A stretch of 64,000 nt of DNA from IMG/VR virus record IMGVR_UViG_3300036985_002287, positions 30,613-94,612 of that record, one strand, 5' to 3'. Source of the DNA: a virus. Lineage: Duplodnaviria; Heunggongvirae; Uroviricota; Caudoviricetes. This document shows, in pieces, positions 8,867 to 17,050 of the stretch (the first letter of the stretch is position 1; every line of letters begins with the position of its first letter). A program made the translations under genes and the position numbers. The notes beneath the pieces were generated by a model. The model ran no database searches, had not been told where the DNA came from, and worked only from the letters and a program-made list of their open reading frames with translations.

Positions 8867-10050
8867 TACGGTATAATCTCCACAAAATCGTATATTGATG
8901 CAGTAGTTACTAATTGTTTATCTTCTACCGATAATTTACTGAACCATTTTACTGGATCACCTTCTGCCATCCGTCTGCCTAAATATTTAACTAATTCGCA
9001 AACGGGCTCGACTACTTCTGTACGATAGCTATCATTCTTAAGGACATAAGCTATATGCAAATTCTTCATGCAGTTACCACGACACCATTCCACGGCTTCA
9101 CATCTATGGCATGGCATATCTGGATGCATCTGCAAAGGGCTATGTGTTAAAGTATTATCGGTAATGGAACCATGCTGCATATCGGGCACCCATGTCATAT
9201 CTGTACACGCAAATATTTTTCCATCAGGGCTTATATTAACTGCATTAGTTGAAGACCGACACTGTGCTTTACCCGAACATTGTGCAGCAGCCGCACCAGG
9301 CACCGCCATGTTACGCGCAATGCCCATTAATGGTACAATAGGGTAGACACCGTCATAGGAATAGAATCTATCTACCAATTGGTCGATCACTCGTTTTTTT
9401 GCTTCCATATGTTCGGGGTAATATACACCTTTTTGTTGAGCAAATTGAAAATGCACCCAATCAAATGTTTCTAATAATTTATCGAAAGCTTCAGAAGGTA
9501 AGTCTGGATCACACCAAGTAACTCTTGCAGTCAGTGTACCTGTTACCCTGGACTGTATTGCTCCTACATTTTTCATAATGTTAGCAAATACATTCTTACC
9601 ACGATACTTATTCGTTATTTGTTCGGTACCATCTATCGATATAAGGAAATTTGTAAAGCGTGATAGCACATCGTCATCTATTTTATTCAATAGTGTGCCA
9701 TTTGTTATAATTTGATATTCCGCAAAAGGAAACCGATCCATAACTTCTGTTATGAACGGCCTGTTCATTAACGGCTCGCCGCCAAAGAATGTGAAATAGA
9801 TATCCTTATCAGACAAGTGAGTATCAACAAATGTCTCTAATTCGTCTAAAGAATATGTAGGTTTTCCTTGAGATGAGAGAATATCTCCTTCGCCTAACAC
9901 ACAGTAAGAACAACTAAGATTGCACTTCAGTGTAGTAGATATCTGGATTTCAACTCTGTTACCACTAATTGCTGGCAGAATTACTGTATCCATGCTCTTT
10001 CTATTATCGATCAACTTCTGTTTTAATAAAATTTGCAAGTTTTGCAGCAT
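8866..10050 (-). CDS. radical SAM enzyme with C-terminal SPASM domain
   Basis: CNLSCSYC (CxxxCxxC) near the N-terminus; C-terminal Cys cluster (C...C...CTDM...CHRCEAVEWCRGNC) typical of SPASM/twitch auxiliary Fe-S clusters. Confidence 0.8.
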   Translation of the reverse strand: MLQNLQILLKQKLIDNRKSMDTVILPAISGNRVEIQISTTLKCNLSCSYCVLGEGDILSSQGKPTYSLDELETFVDTHLSDKDIYFTFFGGEPLMNRPFITEVMDRFPFAEYQIITNGTLLNKIDDDVLSRFTNFLISIDGTEQITNKYRGKNVFANIMKNVGAIQSRVTGTLTARVTWCDPDLPSEAFDKLLETFDWVHFQFAQQKGVYYPEHMEAKKRVIDQLVDRFYSYDGVYPIVPLMGIARNMAVPGAAAAQCSGKAQCRSSTNAVNISPDGKIFACTDMTWVPDMQHGSITDNTLTHSPLQMHPDMPCHRCEAVEWCRGNCMKNLHIAYVLKNDSYRTEVVEPVCELVKYLGRRMAEGDPVKWFSKLSVEDKQLVTTASIYDFVEIIP

Positions 10051-10216
10051 CCTCGGGAGATAGAATAAGTTCGGTCATCACCCGTTCATTAGTTGGATCT
10101 AATGCTGTATCGAATGTAGATAGGAATCGTAGTTGATATTCATTTGATCGAGGATTAGCATCACGCATCTCTACATAGACTGAATACGATCCGTTTGTAC
10201 TAAGAAGTTGTTTCAT
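10004..10216 (-). CDS. hypothetical small protein
   Basis: 70-aa ORF upstream of the radical SAM gene. Confidence 0.4.
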   Translation of the reverse strand: MKQLLSTNGSYSVYVEMRDANPRSNEYQLRFLSTFDTALDPTNERVMTELILSPEDAAKLANFIKTEVDR

Positions 10217-10413
10217 CGATCGCCTTCGAATGCGGCCTCCGCCGCCATTACTAAATTGTCATAACCGATGTCATACAATTCGGCAGGATCTAATTCATTC
10301 AGCTCTTCTTCTGTCATATCAAGTCCGTCGTCCCAGCAACCTTCTGTAGCATAGAAGCCATCATCCATGTCGCCTTCGACTACAACGCTATTCCAATCAA
10401 CTTCTTTACTCAT
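10213..10413 (-). CDS. small strongly acidic protein (D/E-rich)
   Basis: 66 aa, about 30% Asp+Glu; first gene of the rSAM operon. Confidence 0.45.
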   Translation of the reverse strand: MSKEVDWNSVVVEGDMDDGFYATEGCWDDGLDMTEEELNELDPAELYDIGYDNLVMAAEAAFEGDR

Positions 10414-10757
10414 GTTTTACTCCTGTGTATTATATTGAAATACACTGGCAATACTGAGGAGCCAGTTCCGCAGGCAAATACGAGTTCTCGTAGATGAATG
10501 CACCTGGAGCCATTTTCATACCAATATACTTCAATATGATCACAAATAAAAGTGTTCTGGCGACTCCACCACAAAGTCCCAGAACCGGGCTATTAATCCA
10601 TTCATCTAATATCTGTCACGTTTGGCCAAATTAGAACTGACCTACGATTTTTCCAGGCTCCCCTACAAGGGGACTATGAGGCTGATCGTATGCGTACCCG
10701 GCAACTATGGTCTCTTGCCTAACCCACTTCACATAACGGAAAAGTGTACTCCGGGTC

Positions 10758-10961
10758 CTATTTTGAAGAACTTGTATCTTGTTCTAATAATCGTTCTTCA
10801 TATTCTTCTTCGGTCAACGAGTGACTACCATTACAATAACCTGTGGTACTACGACCACATCCGCATGGTTGTTTGTGGTCTGTGCCAAAAATCATATCCC
10901 ATCTCTGCGAGTATTCCTCGTTAGAAACACTCCGGGGTCTTTGCTTACTTCCCTTACTCAT
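10758..10961 (-). CDS. hypothetical Cys-rich small protein
   Basis: 67-aa ORF with CGCGRS...C..SH pattern. Confidence 0.4.
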   Translation of the reverse strand: MSKGSKQRPRSVSNEEYSQRWDMIFGTDHKQPCGCGRSTTGYCNGSHSLTEEEYEERLLEQDTSSSK

Positions 10962-11053
10962 TATTATCTTATCCTTTTAAAATTGCGATACTGTGCTTCA
11001 TCCTGATCAGGGCCTATACACAGTGGTGCTCCCGTCTTTCAACATCGCAAACT

Positions 11054-11138
11054 TGGTGCGGCTGGCCGGACTCGAACCGGCACACCTTTCGGCGAGAGAT
11101 TTTAAGTCTCTTGTGTCTACCAATTTCACCACAGCCGC
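11054..11138 (-). tRNA. tRNA-Leu (anticodon TAA), long variable arm, CCA encoded
   Basis: Manual cloverleaf: acceptor gcggctg/cagccgc, anticodon loop cuUAAaa, T-arm gccgg-ttcgagt-ccggc, 3' ACCA. Confidence 0.85.
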
Positions 11139-11168
11139 AGTATTCACTAATAAGTATTTATTATATAC

Positions 11169-11501
11169 TTATTCATAGTATATGTCAATATAGGCCAAGG
11201 CATCCATTTCTTCTTGCAGTGCAGTGGCAACGGATTCCTTCACACGCAGCGGATCATTAATCACAACTTCGCGAACCTTATTTGCGATCGAGTCGCGACC
11301 ATTTAGGTACGCAATTAGTCGACCGGATGCAATCGCTCGGCCAACCTTCTTATTGAATACATCAGTTGTATTACACCGAGCAATGGAAACAAGAACCTTA
11401 TTGTTATCGGCTGGCAGAATTGCAATTGTGGCGCCACCACGCGAACTCATTTCCATGTCCATGTTGAAGTACCGATAATGCATAAATTCTAGCTTATTCA
11501 T
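11169..11501 (-). CDS. hypothetical protein
   Basis: 110-aa ORF. Confidence 0.45.
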   Translation of the reverse strand: MNKLEFMHYRYFNMDMEMSSRGGATIAILPADNNKVLVSIARCNTTDVFNKKVGRAIASGRLIAYLNGRDSIANKVREVVINDPLRVKESVATALQEEMDALAYIDIYYE

Positions 11502-11574
11502 TGTGTTCCTTTGTGTGTTAAAGCGTTTATAAGTTTATATTTTACAGTAAGGCAAGCTGCCTGTCAACTATCTT

Positions 11575-12102
11575 TTACTTTGGCCTGTAAAATTTGTGAT
11601 TGTCGATTATTGCCATCACCTCAAATTGTTTTGACCAGATAGGATATTTGTAACCTTTAGCTTTCATCACTTTGTCAGCAAGGTAAAATGTTGCGCCACC
11701 GGTCGGATCGGGTACTGTTCGGTGTGCCACTTTATGTGCTACCTGCATGGCCATTTGCCAACTTTGCTTGTCGATTTCGTTCTTTTGATTCGGTATTTTG
11801 TTTGGGCTAACTGCTATATTTCTAAGTGTAGCGTTATTATTAAATACGCTATACTGCTTAGGCTGTAATACGACCTGGCATAACGTCTTTTTAACCGCCC
11901 TATTTAATGCTGTGTATGCCACAGCTACCTGACCACGCTCCGGCTCGCTACGAGCTTCGCCGTATATAGCAGTAGCCAAACACTTGATCTGCTTCATATC
12001 AACCTTAACTACTTTCGGAGTATGATGCGGTTTAAAACACATTGTCGGCTGACCCAGACCTAATGTGGTAGGCACTAATGCTAGTAAGAGTAATTGCTTC
12101 AT
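11575..12102 (-). CDS. SleB-like cell wall hydrolase (Hydrolase_2 family) with signal peptide
   Basis: ATAIYGEARSEP...GQVAVAYTALNR motif of the SleB/CwlJ family; N-terminal signal peptide. Confidence 0.7.
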   Translation of the reverse strand: MKQLLLLALVPTTLGLGQPTMCFKPHHTPKVVKVDMKQIKCLATAIYGEARSEPERGQVAVAYTALNRAVKKTLCQVVLQPKQYSVFNNNATLRNIAVSPNKIPNQKNEIDKQSWQMAMQVAHKVAHRTVPDPTGGATFYLADKVMKAKGYKYPIWSKQFEVMAIIDNHKFYRPK

Positions 12103-12400
12103 ACTTCCTATTATATCTTAAATAGGAGTATGAGTCAATAGGAATTAGAATAAGCGGCAGTCACGAAAAGTAGTGCCGAACCAGAACCCAATCCGGTCGA
12201 GATGCTTTTCTACTGTCTGTTCCGACATGTATTAGGAACCTTTATAAGAAGTTTACAGCCCTTTCGGGATTGGCTCCACTTATGCCGTGGTGAGCATTCT
12301 TATATTAAAAATTGGCAGTCGCGAAAGTAACGATCTTTAACTATCTTGATACTACCACTGCCGGTAATGTTTCTTGACTATCCACATCACCTTTTAAAAA

Positions 12401-12478
12401 TGGTAGGCCGGGTGGGAGTCTAACCCACGATCAACGGTTTATGAGACCGCTGCTTTAGGACACTAAGCTACCAGCCTA
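12401..12478 (-). tRNA. tRNA-Met (CAT) (or Ile2-type), CCA encoded
   Basis: Manual cloverleaf: anticodon loop cuCAUaa, T-stem gtggg/cccac, acceptor with one G.U pair, 3' ACCA. Confidence 0.7.
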
Positions 12479-12482
12479 AATT

Positions 12483-12674
12483 TTATTTCTTGGTTTTTCT
12501 TGGGTCATCATCCATTAACCCTTGCGCCAATAAGGCATCGCATACACCATTCATGATGATCCACAATTTCCAGTCGGTAGCGCCGCCTTGCTTAACCATT
12601 TCTCTCAATTGTGTATTTGTTTCCTGCAATTCTTGCAGAATTGCATCTAATACTTCTTCTTTACTCTTAGCCAT
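12483..12674 (-). CDS. hypothetical protein
   Basis: 63-aa ORF. Confidence 0.4.
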   Translation of the reverse strand: MAKSKEEVLDAILQELQETNTQLREMVKQGGATDWKLWIIMNGVCDALLAQGLMDDDPRKTKK

Positions 12675-12698
12675 TATATCGCCTTTGTTTGTTATTTA

Positions 12699-12971
12699 CT
12701 ATTTCTTAAACCAAATCTTTGCAATCGCGGTAGCAACTATTAGTGATAAATGGTTGCTACAGAGAACATTTTCGCGTCGTGCAATCTTCGAAACTTCGTG
12801 GCTAAGATAATACCTAACCCAGCTCAACAGACCTTTCGCCTTAGCAAAACTGTCGTGTACATCTTTTCTGCTGTTAAATTCCGCATCACATATTTCGAAT
12901 AATGTATCAACTGCCCCTATCTCAGAGTTCATACAATGATACAATTCGATATGATTTCTTGGAGACAGCAT
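12699..12971 (-). CDS. hypothetical protein
   Basis: 90-aa ORF. Confidence 0.4.
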   Translation of the reverse strand: MLSPRNHIELYHCMNSEIGAVDTLFEICDAEFNSRKDVHDSFAKAKGLLSWVRYYLSHEVSKIARRENVLCSNHLSLIVATAIAKIWFKK

Positions 12972-13273
12972 TATTTGGCCAAACTAATGAAATGTCGTGG
13001 TGTTTTGAACTCTGCATCACCTTTTGCTCGCCATTGCGCCGGTGTCTGAGCTACCTTGGCAATCTTTGCGGCTGGCTTAACCATTTCGCGATTGATATAC
13101 CATGTAAGCATTTTGGCCTTAACTTGGTCTGCTACACTGCCATATTCGGGATCGTGGCTAAATCTAATCGGCGAATCCGCCCATGCATTGCGCGTCATGA
13201 AGGATGCCACTGCCTTCCTGTGCAATTTATTATTCGCATCAAATGCAACTGTGTTCATTTTATGAAGAATCAT
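12971..13273 (-). CDS. hypothetical protein
   Basis: 100-aa ORF. Confidence 0.4.
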   Translation of the reverse strand: MILHKMNTVAFDANNKLHRKAVASFMTRNAWADSPIRFSHDPEYGSVADQVKAKMLTWYINREMVKPAAKIAKVAQTPAQWRAKGDAEFKTPRHFISLAK

Positions 13274-13291
13274 TTTGTTTCCTTAGTGTGT

Positions 13292-13366
13292 TGGTCCGGC
13301 GTACAGGAATCGAACCTGTATTAATAGCTTAGAAGGCTACTGTTCTTTCCATTGAACTAACGCCAG
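13292..13366 (-). tRNA. tRNA-Arg (anticodon TCT), CCA encoded
   Basis: Manual cloverleaf: acceptor ctggcgt/acgccgg, D-stem gttc/gaac, anticodon loop cuUCUaa, T-arm acagg-ttcgatt-cctgt, 3' ACCA. Confidence 0.8.
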
Positions 13367-13520
13367 AATGTTAAAGCTTTGACAAAACTGGTATTACGGT
13401 GAGAGCAACAAACTGCCAATTGACTACAATGTTTTCTGTAATAAATTCCACTATAAATTCCAAAATAGATTCTATCGTCTTCATATAGTCCTTTGTTGCT
13501 ATGTATTTATTATATATAGA

Positions 13521-13763
13521 TTAAGGCTCTCTGTCAATGTCTTTCCAAATATGCAATTCACACATACCATGCTCGGTCCAGCCCGAGTATGCTCGGCCTT
13601 CCAGCCCGATGCATATGAATCCTTTTGGTACACTACATACACAGCCTTTATGATTTTCACTACCTACTGTAGTACAATGAAGATAATCTGTAAGACGAAA
13701 CTCACAATTACAGCAACATCGTCCTGCCGAACTCTCGGGCCAGCCTTGAAAACATTTATTCAT
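13521..13763 (-). CDS. hypothetical Cys-rich protein
   Basis: 80-aa ORF, 12 Cys. Confidence 0.4.
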   Translation of the reverse strand: MNKCFQGWPESSAGRCCCNCEFRLTDYLHCTTVGSENHKGCVCSVPKGFICIGLEGRAYSGWTEHGMCELHIWKDIDREP

Positions 13764-13771
13764 TTCGGATA

Positions 13772-13799
13772 TTAAAAAAGGGCCCAGGGACCCTTTTTA
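13772..13799 (-). terminator. rho-independent terminator (aaaaaaGGGCCCaGGGaCCCttttt), potentially bidirectional
   Basis: GC-rich hairpin flanked by an A-run and a T-run, directly downstream of the 13814..14014 stop. Confidence 0.6.
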
Positions 13800-13813
13800 C
13801 TGTTTAGCTGATA

Positions 13814-14014
13814 TTACTTAGCAGCTGAAGCAGGAGCGGCCTTCTTTGCAGCAACTTTCTTTGCTGGCTTCTTAGCAACCACAGTCTTCGTAGCTGCTGC
13901 TGGTGCTGCCGCTGCTGGTGCTGCCGCTGCTGCTGGTGCTGCCGCTGCTGCTGGTGTGGCAGCGAAGGCGCTGAATGCAAATGCCGTAACGATAAGGGCG
14001 ATAACATGTTTCAT
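13814..14014 (-). CDS. small secreted Ala/Pro-repeat protein with Lys-rich histone-H1-like tail
   Basis: Signal peptide MKHVIALIVTAFAFSAFA followed by (PAAAAA)n and KKPAKKVAAKKAAP; the underlying DNA is a gctgc(c/t)gctgctggtgc tandem repeat. Confidence 0.45.
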   Translation of the reverse strand: MKHVIALIVTAFAFSAFAATPAAAAAPAAAAAPAAAAPAAATKTVVAKKPAKKVAAKKAAPASAAK

Positions 14015-14137
14015 AATTTTTCCTTTTAAAAACGTGAATTACTATTTACAATCTTTATCCGGCAACCTAGCCGAAGATTGGGTGATTTAAGCTACTATTG
14101 TATTATCTTTAACAATTTTTGTCAACTAATCCTTTTA

Positions 14138-14491
14138 TTAATGCAAAATATGTGGTTCGGAAGCATTGTCTTTTTCTATTATATGATTAATTGCTACATT
14201 CATCATATCACGCATCTTACGCTCATTACGAATGATCATTCGGACAATATTTCTGCAATGTTCGACTGAGATATCCTGTACTTGAAGCATTTCACCTGCC
14301 TCAGTGAACCAAATTTCTTCAGGGAATACTTCACCATCTTGTGCCGTGTAGGTTTTATGTTCTTGCCACTGTACCTTGTACCCCGCACCGTTAGGTAGTT
14401 CCTGAATGTCGATTGCGTATTTGCCTTCGAGCATTAACGGTGCTATAAATTTCTCGAGTTCTTCGGGAGTTTTAATTTCTTTATTCATCAT
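14138..14491 (-). CDS. hypothetical protein
   Basis: 117-aa ORF. Confidence 0.45.
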   Translation of the reverse strand: MMNKEIKTPEELEKFIAPLMLEGKYAIDIQELPNGAGYKVQWQEHKTYTAQDGEVFPEEIWFTEAGEMLQVQDISVEHCRNIVRMIIRNERKMRDMMNVAINHIIEKDNASEPHILH

Positions 14492-14758
14492 TTATGCTCG
14501 TGTATTCCATTTTTCAATTGCTTCCTCTTTAGAGTCAGCGGACATTTCACACCCGCAGCCACCGGCGGTTGTGGGACAATTAAAACTCCAGCACCACTGC
14601 TCTTTAGGTACTTCTCTAAATGAGTGATACGATCTGCCAAACTCATTATCCTTCCAGCCAGTACCGCTTGGATATAGTGTGTCTCCATCGTCGAGATCAA
14701 CTTCGTGACCGCAAAACGGGCAGGGTTTCATTTTACTACTTTCATAATTTGCCAACAA
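14492..14758 (-). CDS. Lar-family restriction-alleviation-like protein
   Basis: N-terminal MKPCPFCGHE zinc-ribbon signature characteristic of the Lar family; 88 aa. Confidence 0.5.
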   Translation of the reverse strand: MLANYESSKMKPCPFCGHEVDLDDGDTLYPSGTGWKDNEFGRSYHSFREVPKEQWCWSFNCPTTAGGCGCEMSADSKEEAIEKWNTRA

Positions 14759-14955
14759 TTACTTGTACCTTCCACACCGTCGTCATATCGTACACAAACA
14801 TTCCCCCAGAAAGATTCGGATCCGTCGTGATGCAGCACTTGTTCGATTATAGTAGCTTCCATCTTTAGTGGTGTAACATATACACGATCACCTTTTTTCC
14901 ACAGTGGCCTTCGGCCCTCGCTGTCAACTCTTTTCATCTTGACGTTCTTTAGCAT
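14728..14955 (-). CDS. hypothetical protein
   Basis: 75-aa ORF. Confidence 0.4.
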   Translation of the reverse strand: MLKNVKMKRVDSEGRRPLWKKGDRVYVTPLKMEATIIEQVLHHDGSESFWGNVCVRYDDGVEGTSNCWQIMKVVK

Positions 14956-15066
14956 CTCTCTTCTGAGCTTGCCGTTCAGACTTCCAGAAAATGCGTTTCC
15001 AGTCTCTTAAATGCTTCCACCATTGCGGCGCAGGCGTGAGCTGCCCTTGTCTTTTTTGTGCCATAG

Positions 15067-15076
15067 TATATTATAG
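15067..15076 (-). promoter_or_regulatory. TATTATA-type promoter-like element
   Basis: tatattatag immediately upstream of a 46-aa ORF start at 15063. Confidence 0.3.
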
Positions 15077-15094
15077 TTGTAATTAAGTTTAATG

Positions 15095-15304
15095 TCAATG
15101 TCTGAATTGAGGTTTATCGAATTTAGCTAAACTTGCCGCCACAATATCTTTTGCATCACTCTCTGACAAACTGTTTGTTTCTTCCCATTGTTCATTATCT
15201 TCGTTCCAAATAAGAATGCCACCTAGGTTATTGATTTTGTAGAAACCCGAAATAGTATGAACCAATACATATTGAAGAATGATTGCTTTGTGTGCTTGCA
15301 TCAT
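15095..15304 (-). CDS. hypothetical protein
   Basis: 69-aa ORF. Confidence 0.4.
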   Translation of the reverse strand: MMQAHKAIILQYVLVHTISGFYKINNLGGILIWNEDNEQWEETNSLSESDAKDIVAASLAKFDKPQFRH

Positions 15305-15978
15305 CTATTTATTACTTCTGGAGGTATTCCATGATATAGGTCGATACCGGACTTCTTAGCATAATACATGGCGCAATCAGCGTGATACATCAATGAAGTA
15401 TAATCTTCACCGTGAATTGGGTAAGTAGTCACTCCTACACTGAGACCAACACTAAGATTAGTTCCAGAAATCTCCATTGGCAATTCGACACTCTTTATTA
15501 GATTAATATATTCCACATCAGATAATTCGCCCTTGACTAATATAACAAATTCGTCGCCGCCCAGCCTAGCTGAAATATCACCTTTTCTTAAAGAATCCTG
15601 CATTCTTTCAGCTATGATCTTTAATACGTCGTCGCCCACACGATGCCCGTAGGTATCGTTTATGTATTTGAATTTACATAAATCTATCAATACTAGTTGA
15701 AATTTATCTCCTCGCTTAATAAATTTCTTAAATTCCTTATTAAAGGAACTTCGATTGAATAACCCTGTGAGTGCATCATATTTTGCAAGAGTGACCATTT
15801 CGGACCAGGAAGAATATTGTATAACCATAGGGATAAGTAATAAACATGATACCACAGCATCTACTAAATAATGTAGAACATGTGGCAACACGATTAGTTC
15901 ATGCATAAGATGGATGATAGATATACACCCGGAGAATGCTAGGCATAATACCGTAGCATGAATGATATTTGCTTTCAT
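15301..15978 (-). CDS. membrane-anchored GGDEF-domain diguanylate cyclase
   Basis: Hydrophobic N-terminus (two predicted TM helices); intact GGDEF active site (SARLGGDEF) with an RxxD I-site (RKGD) at the canonical spacing; LTGLFNR motif. Confidence 0.8.
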   Translation of the reverse strand: MKANIIHATVLCLAFSGCISIIHLMHELIVLPHVLHYLVDAVVSCLLLIPMVIQYSSWSEMVTLAKYDALTGLFNRSSFNKEFKKFIKRGDKFQLVLIDLCKFKYINDTYGHRVGDDVLKIIAERMQDSLRKGDISARLGGDEFVILVKGELSDVEYINLIKSVELPMEISGTNLSVGLSVGVTTYPIHGEDYTSLMYHADCAMYYAKKSGIDLYHGIPPEVINR

Positions 15979-15989
15979 CTAATATTTAT

Positions 15990-16226
15990 TTAAGATCCAA
16001 TAATTTTAACACGAGATAGGTATGATCGAGCACCCACTAATTCAATCTCTAACTGATCAAGTGCCTTTACAAAGTGCCCACGCATATGCTTTTCGTGAGT
16101 TATCTTTCTAACTTGATTTCCTAACGACCTGACAGAGTCGAATGCCTCTTGTGTTAATCGAAATGCTTCCTCTGCCTTTTCGAGTTCAGTCATTTTGAAA
16201 TTCTCTATCTCTTGTTTGATCAGCAA
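15990..16226 (-). CDS. hypothetical protein
   Basis: 78-aa ORF. Confidence 0.4.
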   Translation of the reverse strand: MLIKQEIENFKMTELEKAEEAFRLTQEAFDSVRSLGNQVRKITHEKHMRGHFVKALDQLEIELVGARSYLSRVKIIGS

Positions 16227-16371
16227 GCCATTCTCCGTATGCAGCCCACCGTTCTGGGATTGGATTACCGCCTATGTCGTAACGTCCGCTGGCAGAAATA
16301 TTCCCTCTTGCATCATAATATTCGTCGTCATATTCATCATCAAGCTCTAGAGCTTCAATCTGTTTTCTCAT
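16186..16371 (-). CDS. hypothetical acidic protein
   Basis: 61-aa ORF. Confidence 0.35.
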   Translation of the reverse strand: MRKQIEALELDDEYDDEYYDARGNISASGRYDIGGNPIPERWAAYGEWLADQTRDREFQND

Positions 16372-16433
16372 ATTGACTCCTGTAAAGTTTATTCTTCAGC
16401 TAACTTAGGAACTCCAGTAGGTACCGGGTCGAC

Positions 16434-16907
16434 CTACGGCTCAGACTCTTCGTGTCTTTCGCGATGATGCCTTTCGCATAATGTCTTAGTCCAACCGTCG
16501 CTGCGTGGCTCACCCGGTGCACCGCACATTTCGCATACGCGGAAAGACATAGATTCGGCAAAATCTATATAATTATGCACTTCATCTGATGCACCATTGA
16601 CATAAAATCGCAAGCCACCAAATTTTTCCTTGACTTGCATAATAGTAGGGAGATCCTCTAATGCATCTGCTACTTCCTTTTCGAGTTTAGGAATGTATTC
16701 GGGATCACCCGAAGGAGTTGGGCACTCTAGTGCAAATTTTAGTCGTCTCTTAGCACTTTCTACCCTGTGTGATATTAAACTGCATAAGGTATCAATTATG
16801 CCGGTCCATCCTATCTCTACGCCGAAATAATCGACATTAGCTTTTTCGTATAGGTCGGGCCAGCGTTTAGCTAAATCTTCAAAATGTTGGTCAATATCTG
16901 GAGTCAT
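16434..16907 (-). CDS. hypothetical protein with C-terminal zinc-ribbon-like Cys/His cluster
   Basis: 157 aa; CEMCG...CERHHRERH. Confidence 0.45.
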   Translation of the reverse strand: MTPDIDQHFEDLAKRWPDLYEKANVDYFGVEIGWTGIIDTLCSLISHRVESAKRRLKFALECPTPSGDPEYIPKLEKEVADALEDLPTIMQVKEKFGGLRFYVNGASDEVHNYIDFAESMSFRVCEMCGAPGEPRSDGWTKTLCERHHRERHEESEP

Positions 16908-16984
16908 GCTATTATTTTAATACCTTATTATGTAACTGTCTATACCTTCATACGCTTATATGCGCGAATTTTGTACGCGATTTT

Positions 16985-17050
16985 GGTGCAGGATTTCTAT
17001 TTTAAAATCCAAATCCCAAATTTAAATCTGAGATTCAAATCTCGGATTCG
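16985..17050. repeat. AT-rich intergenic repeat (ttttaaaatccaaatc ... aaatctga), copy 1 of 2
   Basis: Shares a 16-mer and flanking aatctga units with the 43360-43437 intergenic region; both lie immediately upstream of minus-strand gene starts. Confidence 0.5.

Noticed and set aside
13804-14007. Gln/Arg-rich ORF (QQQRQHQQ...) in an alternative frame of the tandem repeat
   Set aside because: The overlapping frame 13814..14014 has a signal peptide, a proper start context and a terminator directly downstream. The Q/R frame is a repeat-translation artefact.
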